Source: Saccostrea cucullata
Taxonomy: Eukaryota
DNA: 64,000 nucleotides
Assembly (NCBI RefSeq): GCF_032062105.1
Contig: NW_026935066.1
Span: forward strand, 1-64,000
Reading direction: 5' to 3'
Shown here: piece by piece, positions 31,199-44,552 of the stretch
Numbering within the stretch: the stretch's first letter is position 1
How the letters are laid out: each line of letters starts with the position of its first letter
The notes under the pieces: model-generated
The model's input: only the letters and a program-made list of their open reading frames with translations
Told to the model about the DNA's origin: nothing
Database searches by the model: none
Translations under genes and position numbers: made by a program

Positions 31199-32029
31199 GT
31201 ATGTTCATAATTATAAATGATATAAAGGCATTTAAGAAAAATAACAAAAACTGTTTTTATAACGTACATTTTAAAACTCTTTAACCATCTTTCTTACTAA
31301 ATACTTATACTGTTTCATTATATTAAATGATGAAATATTTAGATAACGGATTGAAACGGAAATTGATTTTTGTGATTTAGTTTCGTATAAAACGTTAGAC
31401 GTACGTCTTGTTAAATATCTTAAACACTAAAAAATATTAATTTTATGATCATACAAGTAGTTTGAAACTGCCGATGAACTAGTACTGGGACTGCACTGAG
31501 GAATACAAGCTGCCTTATAGAAAGCTTAGGAGACCTCTATGGTAACGGAGTGAGTAAACCTTAGCTTGCGTTTTCTCCTATACTATTCCATTACCTGAAA
31601 AGGACAGACGGTTGCGGGGAAGGGACAGCTAAGTATTTCTTAGTAAGCCAACGTACATAAGGTCTGAATAAGGCAGTTACTTGGTTTGGCAGAGAGGTGG
31701 CATAGCACAGAGAAAGGTGGGGGAAGTGCCAGGAAATAGCAGTACTTTTAGAGTGGCAGGTCCAGAGAAATTCATTGCGGGAGACACCCATTGACCACAG
31801 TTAGTGGTTGTCCAATCAAGAAGAAACCCATTGTACTATTGTTAAATATATAATTGCATGTATATATTTGATTTGGTCAACAAAAATCTGAGTTAACAGG
31901 TTAACGAACCTAAGTGTAACGCCTCGGTGATGCAAGACATATCACCACACACCAAGCTCGGCCGCGTTGCACGTTACAGGATAGTATTCATGCTCAAAGT
32001 CCCTTCAAAGAATGTAAATCAGAAGGGAT

Positions 32030-32545
32030 GAAACATATGGAGATAACGAACAGTATTCAAGTTCAAAAATCTAAAAAAAAGAATACAAAATAGGAGCAGA
32101 GCAAACACGCATCTCCAAAACATCAGAGGTGGGATCAGGTGCCATATAGGAGTGAGTATCCCCTGCCGACCGGTCACACTCACCTTGCGCTCCTTGTCAT
32201 GATCGGGACATAACTGGAAAATCCTCAGTCAATTCAGTGTATAAATAATGGACTAACAATTAGTATGATAAACGTCAGTCAGCATTTGACTCAGTGATAA
32301 ATTGTGTTTTCTGACAAGGTCATCGTATCGACAATAGAACTTACGAAATGATGACTTTAAACGAGAGTGCTGATATTCTTGCTTCATTTACTTGTTTGTC
32401 AATAATTTACCTCGTTTTAGAATGTGTACACACGCTGAGCATGCTTTTGCCTATCAAATTAACTGAGATAATATGAAGTTCATGAACTCTGTATGCAAGT
32501 GACGAAGGTATATTCAATTTGCTGCATAAGTAGGGGAAGCTGTCG
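32030..32545 (-). repeat. 3' end of PLE-derived repeat
   Basis: Reverse complement of the same motif at about 32125-32185, well preserved. Confidence 0.8.
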
Positions 32546-32619
32546 CCTATGTATTATTTTTTTTACCAGATAAATATTCTAAAACATTTCCAAATTCATA
32601 ATAGATCAAAATTCATATG

Positions 32620-33435
32620 TATGGAGCAAACTTTGCAACTGATGAGATAAATGCAGTTGTCAGTAGACAGGACAAATTCCCCAGTATTTTGTAGCTGCGG
32701 TCTTTAACGGGGCTGTTAAAACTGTCTGCGTCAGTGCTGTGCTTACAAAGAAGACATCTTCTGTCAGAGCAAATTTTAAAGCCCCCGTTAGGTAACGGGT
32801 TGTACAATCTGGTTCTTACTACCATGTCCTTTAGGTTCCTTGGGCGTCTGTATGCAGCCAAGGGGGATTCCTTAAAGACCTCTGCCATTCGTTTGTTTGA
32901 ATGGAGAATTGGTAGGTTCTTTTGAAGGATACCGCTAGGGTTCTTAAGGACGGGATGGTATGTGATTACCAGAGGGACCCTGCCGCTATTGTCTTTCTCC
33001 TTCTAGCGTTATAGGCTTTGCCTGTCATGTCCCGCCATCTCATCAATAGCAGTTTGTACGGTTCGGGGATTGTAGCCTCTCTTCCATAAGTGGAACTTAA
33101 GAAGACCACTTTGCTCCTGATATAAGGTAGGGGACGAACAGATGCGTCGAATTCTGGTGGTTAAACCATTAGGCACTACCTTAAAAGTGTGTGAGGGATG
33201 ACAGCTAGTGGGCATAAGATATAGGTGGGAGTTTGTGGGTTTGGTGTGGAGAGTGAACTCGATTTCATCATCAATCAGGGTAGATGTAGTATCTAAGAAT
33301 ACGTTTTTCGAATTAGATACGTCTACTGTAAATTTGATAGACAGATGAAAGGTGAAACGTAATGAATGCCTCGAGGCTGTCGATTCCATTCACTTCATCT
33401 CTATATCGTCAATGAAATGCAACCAGCTTTGGGGC
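32620..33435 (-). mobile_element. Penelope-like retroelement fragment (RT C-terminus, linker, start of GIY-YIG), disrupted
   Basis: FIDDI, IKFT...[50 protein letters not shown] and CIYLISC..C motifs, with stops and frameshifts. Confidence 0.9.
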
Positions 33436-33700
33436 CTATATGGCATATTGAAGTTTAAGGAAAATACTGATTGTTTTAGCTACATTTTCTTCTGTTAAAG
33501 GCGGGGGTTTAAAAAGCCTATGATTTTCAATATCCATAATCACAGATCCGAGCCTATATTCTTGTGTCGAGGAATCAGAAAATGGGTTTTTCTTGAACTT
33601 TTCAAGAAGACTATTTAAAAGTTTCAAAGGGACAGTGTAAGGTTTGGTGCGAATATGATGTAGACCTAACTGTTGATTTACATGAGGCAGTATGAATCAA
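33436..33700 (-). mobile_element. Fragment of a second retroelement ORF (probably PLE)
   Basis: LGLHHIRTK...EYRL..IMDI.NHRLFKP...FLKL resembles, from recollection, mollusc PLE ORF sequence upstream of the RT. Confidence 0.45.
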
Positions 33701-35573
33701 ATTAAAGGTTTATTGTAAGACCGATGCCCATCACTACGGTTATGCCTCTAGTCCCATCACATTTACAATGTTGCACTGTGGACTGTAAAGATTTTTAACA
33801 CTACCGACATTGTCATTACATTCTAAAGGAAAGGCTGTCCTCAGTTTTCTAATTCAAAATTCAAATTTTCAACACATTTTTTTGGCTTTGCAACAGATAA
33901 GAATTTTTAAAGTCGCAAAACTTACTAGCATTCTAAATTGGTTCTTCTGACTAATGAATTGTATTAAGGTGGTAAATGAAGGATGCCGACCTCATTATTG
34001 AAAAAAATCAAATAAACTCTCAATCAGAAAATGAAATGGAAAAATATTTTTTCTTTCTACCTGTGTCTATAGTAAAAATATTCAAAGTTGTAATTTCATT
34101 GTGTTATATTTGTAGAACACGTTTACTTTTTAGGCGGAAGCCGCCTTTTGCATTTGCTTTGTTGACCTTTCGACCTCTCAAGATGTTTGCCCCGTTTCGT
34201 GGTACTCCAAACGGATGTATCTTAAACTAAGGGCATACAACCCGCTAAATTATATTCTACCCCCTTCCCAATCTTTATCGTTATTATCATATCAAAAAGC
34301 GTGTGTTATGGCGAATTTATTTTAACAATTTATTTTGATTAATGTAAAAAAGTCCAATAAAAATAACAGCCTAACAATAGAACGAAAAGTTACTTTAGTA
34401 CTCCTGATACGTTTCACGTTTGAGAGAAGAACGAACGACAACTCTGTATGTCTAAAACATAAACAAATCGGGATCAACATTTGATTAGCACGGGGTCCTG
34501 AAGCGATCTTTAGAAATACTACGAGGGACAAAATAGTTCAAGTAGGTAATTATGTTTAAGAATTAATGACAGGTACATAGCTACTGAGGAACTAATCTTT
34601 TCAATAATATTGCATAAAATAGAAGAAAAGAGGTATGTAACTCCTTTTATCAATTGTTTTAATATTTATTTATATATAGGCCTATGTACTACATTCGCGT
34701 AATAATCTAACATAGACGATTCAGCGTGAAATTATTGTCAACAAACCCATGCACATGGAGCACAAATGATTTACAATGGTTGATTGGAAGTGATGGGCCT
34801 TCTCTTCAAAATAAGCAAGGTAACGCACGCTGTGTGATTAGCCTATCTTTTATTGTCACCCTTATCTTTTATTGTTTTAACTTGAGAATGTCGCCTCCCT
34901 ATGCAGGCATGCTTTAGATATCGTAATATGATAGCTGTTATATGGTCGGGTCTTATCGAACGAACTGGTACTCTATAATTACCATGATTACATGCCTGGG
35001 AGAAATTATTTGAGGAATTATCATGCCGAGTTTGTGTATACATTTATATATTCTTTCTCATTTAATGTAAATACATGTATGTTGAAGGATGGGCCAAAAC
35101 TGTAAAATTTGGACAGAAATTAAGACGCAAGCATAAGAACTACATTGTGTTTTAGTCTGTATAGATGTGTCCCTGCTACAGTGGCAGCTAACAGAAAGTG
35201 GGATATAATTAAGATTGCATAGTGAATTTGCTCTGTGTCACCTCTAAATGGCAGAAGAAAACTCAACTCAGCACAACCAGAAACACTTTTCTGAAGGTGA
35301 GTACATCAATTTATTATATTTCTAGTGGAAAAGTTTTTCATAAGTTATGATACATATTTTTGATAGCATAACAAATTTTCTTGTTATGATGGCAAAGATG
35401 AACCGAATACTATTTTTGAAAGTATATTTTGACATTTCTTATTTTTGTTGACTTATTTTATTTTCATTTTTTTTAAATACATGCAAATACATGATTACTT
35501 ATAATAGTAGGCTTTTGAGAGAGAAAAAAAAGATTAAAAAAAATATTAGGGTAGTCAATAGGTTAATATTTAA

Positions 35574-36326
35574 GGGGGCCGACTATAGTTCTATTGTGTG
35601 AAAACTACAATAGCGAAACTCTTCATTTTTATACCATATATAACTTACATTAACTTCAGTGTACATGCAAAGTTTGGGGGGAATCTACCGTCCAGGTATT
35701 TTTGAGGGACCGTCTCAAAATACAGGTACATTTACTATAGGATTATATAGGAAAATGCCAATTTTTAGCACTTTAAAGCAAATTATACAAATACTACAAT
35801 AGACATTTTGTTCAAACTATAATATTTTATGAGTAATACTATATTATACAATGTATGTAAGAAACGCAAAATTCTACCGTCTTGTTACCAGAGGGGGCAT
35901 CTCAAAATGCAAAAAATTAGCAAATTTTACTATTTTTATAGAGTATTACAAAATATGACGTACACAATGGATTCACATGAAAACATAATAAAAATATTGC
36001 GAATATTCTCTAATTTCTATGTTTGAAATTTCAAGAGCGTATGTTTATCACTTTTTCTTTAATAATATTTTTCTTACCCATTCTTTAAGAGCTACAGATT
36101 ATCATAACGTCAAAAACACACTGCAACGACGTCAACCTACCTATCAATTGCAATATCGGTTAAAAAATCAATTATATCAAGTTGTAATTACATTTTCATA
36201 CCTATGATTTCTTAATTTTGTTTAATTTTAAGAATTAAGCGAATAAAGTTGCATTAAAACAGTAAATACGCTTCATTTTACTATGATGCGCGAAATATTG
36301 CGCAATGGAAACGATAGTCGGCCCCC
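35574..36326. mobile_element. TTAA-flanked MITE (Kolobok-like)
   Basis: TTAA|GGGGGCCGACTAT...ATAGTCGGCCCCC|TTAA. Confidence 0.85.
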
Positions 36327-36898
36327 TTAATAATCGCTTACTCGATATCTGACTTTTTCCCAATTGAATACACAGTTACACGGTAAATTGTAGATAGAAG
36401 TTTGTTCTTGAGCCTAGTTAAGCTCTGCTAACCCACAAAGCTGATTTTATCGTGTTTATCAATGTAATACATGTACAAATGATTATCAATTCCATTGGAA
36501 ATATTTTTTGGTACTAAAATTAGTTATCAAATAAAACACGAATGCACAATACACCCAAAATTACAAAAGGTTGTTTTAATTGGATCTATTTGACAAACTG
36601 CTGTGTACACATGTAGGTTATATAACTAGCCAAAGAGAGGGGACAGATGTTGTTGGTCAGGATGGCTAGTCTTATCTTATTTCATTTGTTGTTTGTTTCC
36701 AGTATACTTACACTAAACTTACTACACATGTTGACTTTCAGCAGTTTTGAATCTTTTGTTATTTCTATATCACTTTACTCTTGAAGTGGGTATAGTGGCA
36801 TTAATTTCTTTGCATGTCAGATTTCAATGAATGAATGAATGTAGATCAAGGTGATAGCGGGTGTTTTACAGCTAGGTGTAGATGAAGACATGCTAATA

Positions 36899-38070
36899 CC
36901 TGTACGAAATGTTCCGCCTGGAATATAGGGGGAATTGAGGCGTACTTGGAGAGGCGTCAATTTGTCTCTCTACATATATTGTGATACACAGGTTCCGGGC
37001 GTAACTTAGGCGGAAACCAAGCGTAAATGGGCATGAATTTGAGGCGAAAAATGTAAATGAGCTACGCCCGGAAAAATAAATGACGCCCGTAAAAAAAATT
37101 ACGCCTGGAAACTAAAATGACGCCTGGAATAGAATTACGCCTGGAATGTCCTTATTATTATATAATACTATGTGACCTAAAAACCTATATATTTACCATG
37201 TTAACAAAGAAAAAACATTCAGATTATGATTTACAATGTTAAAGCTAAAAATTTAGCTTTTTGAACTGTAAGAAAACATAATGACAGGTCATTAACATAT
37301 ATCATTAACAAGTATAGAAAAATAACATGAATTTTGTGTATTATAGGGACACTAAAACACGACCACCATGATTGAGTGTGTATTTAAAATTAAACTTTTT
37401 TACAATACCTGTACATTTTATCACTTCAATAATTATATTGAAACATTTTAGCTACTGACTGAATACAATTCTTCATTTACTCTGCAGTTTACAGTTAGAT
37501 TCTCACTGCGGCCTCTATCAGACTGATATTTCTCAGAATGTGTGCAAGGACAAACTCAAATATCTAAAGTAATTTTAGGGTCAACCAGTTATAACTATCA
37601 TTGTACATAATCATAATCAAATTTACTCAAAAATGTACTAGATATTCATGATCACACCTACCAGCAGACACTGTGTCATCCTCAAGAAGTGTAAAAGCCT
37701 TAACATTGAGATATCTGCATTTCCTGTTTCACTCGCACTAAACTCCCTCCTTCATGATCAAATTCAACCTTAACCTCCTATCTGAAATGACTCTTAATTG
37801 ATAATTAAATTGACCAATCAGAGGCTTTTACTTCTCCTGAAAGTTCCAGGCGTAATTTTTGTTTCTATTTTCCTGCCATTTTACGCCCGAAAAATCTGAA
37901 CTTGGCAATTGACGCCCGGAAATTACAAATGACGCCTGTAAGACGTCTCTTCTACTGAGGCGTAACTCTTTGAAAATTCCGTCTCCGCCTCAAGTACGCC
38001 CGGAATTTGCCAATTCCTGCTCAATTCCACCCAAATTCCAGGCGGAATCCGCCTTTAAAATTCATACAGG
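36899..38070. mobile_element. TIR element with subterminal repeats (possibly CMC/EnSpm-like)
   Basis: Ends CCTGTACGAA / TTCATACAGG; many (T/G)ACGCC(C/T)GGAA repeats clustered at both ends; TSD unclear. Confidence 0.7.
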
Positions 38071-38955
38071 TTACCATTTGCATGTTTTAGTTTTAATTGA
38101 TAAGTTTTTGGTAAAAATGTGTACATTGAAATAATAAATAATATACATCCGAATAAACGAGTACCTATTTTTAGTATTCGATACTTGGACCTTGGATCAA
38201 GTACCTGGTGAAGTTGACTTCCCTAGAAAATATATTAAAATATATCATAAAAGGTTATTTGAAGTCCTTGATTTCATTCATTGAAAGTCGGATACATTGT
38301 AAAATAATTTTTGTTAAATAAACATTATGAGATATTCTTAATTTTTTTTTTCAATTATACACTTTGTAGAAAATTCTGCCATGAGACAGTTGTGAGGGGA
38401 ATGGTGTAGATAATCTCCAGAAAAGAAATCACCACTGATATTGGGATGTGTGTACATGTACCAATATTTTGCAATCATCAAAGACAAATTTACCACACGA
38501 ATAAAAATAAAATTGTCTGGCGTTCAAGGGCTTACCATGGTAGAAGCTCTCCTGAAAAAATATCCCATTTATTGTGGACATCATGACACAGTGTTCACCT
38601 GTCATCAGCATTAGAGACTTGTGATTTGTTCTACCTGGGCTATATATGTATTGAATGAAAACAATTCATAGAACCACAAGCACATTGTAAATCTATGTAA
38701 GATCTTCTATGTATGTTGCATCCTTATATAATTTGCTGTTTTATAACAAGACTTTGTTTCATTGGTACTGAAACTTAATACACATAAAAAAAAAAACCAA
38801 AAGCAGTTGTGATATTTATTGTTTTCTATTACTCATTAGTTCTCATTTTTGTGTGAAATTTTATAATTATCCATTTCTTGTTCCCCAAAACCATATCTTA
38901 CAAATTTTATGTATTGCAACTTGCATTTCAATTTTAACTTGTTATACTTAATAAA

Positions 38956-39286
38956 AACTAGAGGTACTGTGAGCAATGAGCTCACGAAATGATACCCCCG
39001 CTTCCCATATGATTATAATGGAAAAGTCCATCTTTTGCTGTGGCCGGGAAACCCAAAATATGTGTCGGATCAAAAAGTAAAATAGGAGGTGCACAATGGC
39101 AATATGTAATAAGGATTCTGTGAAGGTTTCATTAAATTTCACTCAGTGGTATAAAAGGAGTTGCAGATAAGATATGAGTACCCCAAAGCTTAACAAATGG
39201 ACGGACGGACAGCTAGACGTACAGACGGCCGGACGGACATACTGATTACAGTATACCCTCCCACTTTTCAAGCGGGGGGGTATAAT
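38956..39286 (+). mobile_element. Short pearl/HINE-like element, copy 1
   Basis: AACTAGAGGTACTGTGAGCAATGAGCTCAC start, (GGAC)n tract, terminal hairpin TATACCCTCCC...GCGGGGGGGTATA. Confidence 0.8.
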
Positions 39287-39938
39287 AAATGTTAGAATGT
39301 TCATATTGTTATTGACGTCACTTCTCATGTATCTGCTTCAAAAGGGAGACATATTGTTTATTCTTGTTCCTTGGTTTCAATACTACAATCCATCATAATA
39401 TTTATCACACCCCCCCCATTTAAAACAGATTATGCTTCAAATATGTGTCATGAAAGTTTTGCACATGAGAACTAGCAATCTTGCTTCCGCTATCAGTACT
39501 CTCAGTACTTTGATTTTTGTTACCTATACATTTCAAATGACTGAATTTTCATTAATTTTGATGTAATTTAAAGTCTGAAATTTCCTCAATCTATAAAGAT
39601 AATTTGACCTGTTGCTAAGGTCATTTCTTCGGTCAGGTTATCACAGCAAAGAAGACTCAAATTATAGTAGTTATTGTTCCTAGTATTGTTTGGTATATAG
39701 AAGAAAACATTTCATATATTTTGATAGCATCCTTTACTTTGTATTTACATTATAAAATGTACAATATTGTTAACAATCAGATAAAAGGTTCAAACCTAGC
39801 GTTTGTTTACATTCAAAAGATATGGAAAGAGAAATATACACTACGATCCACTCGAAAGCAAGTGACTGAAATGACTAAATAAATAAACAATACCGAAAAT
39901 GTTTTTCTAATAAGAAAACGAAATTGTTCAGAGTTAAA

Positions 39939-40863
39939 TTATCTCTTGAAATGATGGAACACTGTTCCCATCGCTTCACAGACTGGCACGAAGCAGCAGT
40001 TCATGCAGTTGGCGTACAACCTCTGGCAAAGTCCACAGTTGATTTCGCAAACCTTCAAGCATGGACTGATGTACCAAACATGGAAGAAGGAGATAATGGC
40101 AAACTCACAGCCCCACTCGGCGGCTATGAAGCATCCCAGGTAGAATGTCAGGAGCTTGTAGAGGCAGCCTTTCCACAAGTTGAAGCAGGTGTGTGAAAGC
40201 TTGTAGGCACAGTCAATACTGTGGGTACCATCTGGCTCACCAATCACATCATTGAAATGGAGGGTCTAAAAACAATGTCAAAAATCATGAGTAAAACGTA
40301 ACAAACGATTCATTTACATATTTAGTTTCTCAATACATTCAGATTTCTTTTCATAAAAGACATTCATGTTTTGTTTTATATACATATGTTAAAGCAGTAT
40401 TTCAGAGAGGTAAAAAAGAACTTGTTTTTTCATAATGTCCTGAATTCCATATGTTCTTCAATTGTTTTATAGAATGTCTTCTTTTTAATATCAAAGTCAG
40501 AAAAATGAATTACTCTTCCTGATGCAAGTCAAGGACATTTCAAGATTGTTTTTCATAAGAAGAGCTGTCCATATTCTTTCCAAATTAAAAAAATCATTCG
40601 AAAATTTACAGAAAGCTACTTTAATAGATAAGAATGAAAAGACGTATAAAGATTATCTATAAGTTCTTCTTGAACATAAATTTTCCTTTTAATCGTTTCG
40701 AATTCGGAGAGGCCCACTTATATCTGAAGACATTCGTCCTATGTGAAAAAAATATTGCGTACTTTACGAGGCTCTTGTGTATTCTCTGAAAACTTACCCC
40801 TAAATGGGAGTTTAGTCCATTAGGATCCCTGTTGACCAAATCAACTTCCTCTGCTCCGGACAT
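39939..40863 (-). CDS. CAV: Caveolin, copy A (2 exons, 130 aa)
   Basis: Exon 1 40863-40798 (MSGAEEVDLVNRDPNGLNSHLG|gtaag); exon 2 40265-39939 (TLHFNDVIGEPDGTHSID...). DLVNRDP and FNDVIGEP match the caveolin motifs DLVNRDP and FEDVIAEP. Confidence 0.95.
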
Positions 40864-43559
40864 TATTGGATGCTAGCCGTCTGAATTGTAAGGATAAAAT
40901 GATATTGTTTTCACTGACTACCTGCTGTTGGCAACGTTTTGTGTATTTGTTGATGGTGGATACAAAGATTAATCTGACTTAATGAAGGATTAATCTACTG
41001 CAGAAAAAGAGATTTCAGTTAGAACACTCTTTTGTATGCATTTACGAAATCCGATCAGGGTTGGTTAATCTTTCGAATGAGAAAAGTTGCAAACAATGAA
41101 GGCGTTATTCAGAAAGAAGTAAATGCTTACAACAAATCGTGTTAAATTTTGACTTTTTTCTGTAACAGATTGTTAACCGTTTGATATAGGTCAAGACACG
41201 GGTAAAGATAAAAAAAATAATAGAATGTCAAAACACCTCATAAGCTATGCCTGAAATAAAAAAAGAAGAATAATCGAAGGTGTTATAACCCAAACGAATT
41301 GTTAACCCCTTTTCCCTCCTTATTTTTGCTTCCTTTTTGTTTTGCCACTTAGAGAACTTTTTCTCTTTTTCTCAATTTAATAAGACGAAAATTAAGAAAC
41401 ACGTCTATGGCCTTTTTACAAACTTTTATAATAATTATTTTTTTTATCTTTTCAATTCACAAATTACGTACAATTATTTCTTACATTTGAGCTGTTCATT
41501 GTATTTTTGACAGTTTAGTTTGCATACATTCTCATTCAGTTAAGAGTTTGTAGCTGATATCACTGTATTTTTTTCTGTGTAAAATAAGAAAAGAATTTTT
41601 GAATTAAGACATGCATTTCTTATAACTCTGAAAATGCTAAATTATTTTCATTTTTGATTTTAAAAAATGAGACCAACAAATAACACGATATGAAATTGTA
41701 TTTGAAAATTGTAAACATAACCCTCAGAATAAATGTTATTTATTGCATAATATATATGTACACTAGCCAGGAGTAAAATGCTATCCTCAACTTAAAACTA
41801 AAACCTCTAGTATGTAAAGTGATACATGTTTGACAAAGAATTTTTTTATCAACTGAAGGAGAAATCAAAACTGTAAGAATCCTGTTTTAGATATGAATAT
41901 CATTAGGATAAAGTGTACATGTATTGGGTATTGTTGACTAAATGTGTAATTAGGCATTTCTATATTTTTGTCTACTTTGAGCAGCACACAAATGCAAAAA
42001 CTTAGAGAAATTTTCTGCATTGCTTGCTATTTTCAGGATAGAGCAATCCACAACTTGTATAGAATTGAATGATTTGGGATCCGCGCTGGATTTCGTACTT
42101 TGTATATAGTTCAAGTATTTTAAATATAAGACCAGGATAATGTAATAGAAGGAATGTTTTACATTTATATTCCCAAATTGATTAAGCGAAAGCTTTTTCC
42201 TTCATCAGAACTTCGTTGTTTCAAAGATTTTGTCAGGGTTTAAAAAGACGCACATCATATGTTTAAAATAACCTATTTGATGCCATTGTACAGCGTACCA
42301 TATTTAAAACCAAAACATAATTACTTTCATCAGTGGATGTTTAAAAAACTGTGATAACATGCATGAGAAGTTTGTATAAGAATTATGTAAAGTTATTCTA
42401 TTCTCGGGGTTATTTTTTCTCTGACATATTTTTGTTCGTTTTTATTTTTCGCTCTTAAAAGTTTTTTAATTATGTATTTTGGATTTCCAAAGTTTCGATA
42501 AGAGTATCACTGAAGAGGCATAATTTTATCGAAATGCGTACCATATGTATCAAAATTTGAACCGTAAAAGATTCAAATTAATATTTCAAATCTTTAATTC
42601 GTTACTGCTTTTTTACTACGTTTGACAACGAATTACCTCGATTACATATATTTGGACACATTGACAACGCCAACTTAAAAGAATGTACAGGGAATTTTCC
42701 ATGAGAAACATATCTAGATCTGATATCTGATAGTTGCTTAAGAATGTTCACAATGTTTTTAAAAGATTTTACATATTACATGTACGTATATCAGACACTA
42801 TAAAATGATATGTATTTAATTTGTTTACTCTATCTTTGAACAAACAATCTTGCTGATTAAATACATGACACTCGATTCCATCTCCGATATTTTGCTCTGT
42901 TCAGAAGAAGAAGGTTCATCTTGGACCTCTTTTGGCCCTGTGAATTTCTGAAAAACCAGAACTGCTCATTTTTAGTTGAAAATATGTTAAATTTCACTTG
43001 GACCCTCGGTGACCTCATTTCAAATAAAAATGATGTAATTTTTTCTCTTGTCCATGTATTACATGTTTGACGTCATGAATTGCGTCATTTTCCTCAAATC
43101 TTGAAAATTTATTTTAAAATGGCCATAATTCTAAGCCGTTTTTGAATATTTCGTATAACCCCAACCTCTGATCTTAAATATTTAACCTTACAATAAAAGA
43201 ACTGTTTCGGAAGTTTCTAATTCATAAAACACTTTTTGGATCGCAGTGGGCTCATGTTTTAATCAATAATTGAAGATACTCAAATTCACTCATTTTCTTC
43301 AAAAATCAGGAACATTGTAGTTTCACATAGCCTGAGTAATAAAACTTGGACTCATAATTTTTTTTTATAGGAAATGAAAGCACTATGTCTCCACATTATG
43401 TTGAAGTTCCAAATAGGACGTAAGGACTTGGTCAGTTTATTTGTACCATGTCAGGAGCATTTTATGGAGTTAGCTAATTTACCTCTTTGTACTGTGTAAT
43501 GGACTTTTGAGCTTGAATATATTTGTGTCCTCATTATATTATGGGTAGCAATTTTCCCC

Positions 43560-44435
43560 GTTATTACATGTAGCAGGATATTTTTGTATTCATTTGAAAT
43601 AGAATTTGTGCAAATACATGTACTTATGCATGAAAAGAAGGAAACACTTGAACTCGACAGTTATATATATCGACGACGTATTAACAATTGTAATTTCCAT
43701 TCCTATGTCGATACGATATATCCTAGTGAGCTTGAGATAAAAGATACCCCAGAGTCTAACACATCTGTTTCATATTTGGATATTTTAACCACGACCAACA
43801 ATCGCCATTATAAAAATAAATGTGATTAAAATCATTTTTTGTTTATTTCTTCTATATAAATAGTTGGACATTTTACTTGGTAAAGACGTAAATGGTAATC
43901 TTACAGCCTAGCTCTATCATAAACGTGACGACTTTAACTTTTCTTTCGTCAACTTCCCATACTGCCTTCATCTCCTTCATACGGAGTTTATATATCTCAG
44001 TTGATTCGATAGTAAGAGCATGCTCTACGTATATAAACAATGTCTAAAGCAAAGTAAATTATAGACAAACAATTTGATGAAACAAAAATATCAGGACTCT
44101 CATTTAAAGTCATAATTTCGTATGTTCTATGGCCGATACCATGACTTGTCAGCAAATAAAATATATCATCGAATCTAATGCTGACTGACGTTTTTCATCC
44201 TAATTGTTAGTCCATTATTTAAACATTGAATTGACGATGTATTTTTCCGTTTTTTCCCGACCATGACAAAGAACACAAAGCGGGTTTGACCAGTCGGCGG
44301 TGGATGCTTACTCCTCTATGACACCTGATACAACCTCTGATGTTTTGGAAGTCTGTGTTTGCTCTGCTTCTATTTTGTATTGTTTTATGGACTTTTGATC
44401 TTAAATACTGTTCGTTATATCACCATGTTTCATTA
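43560..44435 (+). mobile_element. Abundant PLE-derived repeat: RT remnant plus conserved 3' end
   Basis: IYPSELEIKDT.ES..SVSYLD, KRDDFNF..VNFP, YGVYISQLIR, FYGRY, followed by the GGATGCT.ACTCCT...CACCTGAT terminal motif. Confidence 0.85.
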
Positions 44436-44552
44436 TAATTCTATAAATGGACGATAACTCAAAATGATAAAGAAAACAATTTCGTTGTAAGTGACTGCTT
44501 GCGAGCATGTGAGACGGACATTGCTTTATGTTGATCCTTCGCAAAATAAATA

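Noticed and set aside
31540-31830. GC-richer segment with ORF 31591..31791
   Set aside because: No recognisable motif in the frames I read; probably TE debris, unassigned.
39924-40196. Antisense ORFs over caveolin exon 2 (also 54230-54475)
   Set aside because: Shadow frames of a GC-richer coding exon; no independent coding signal.
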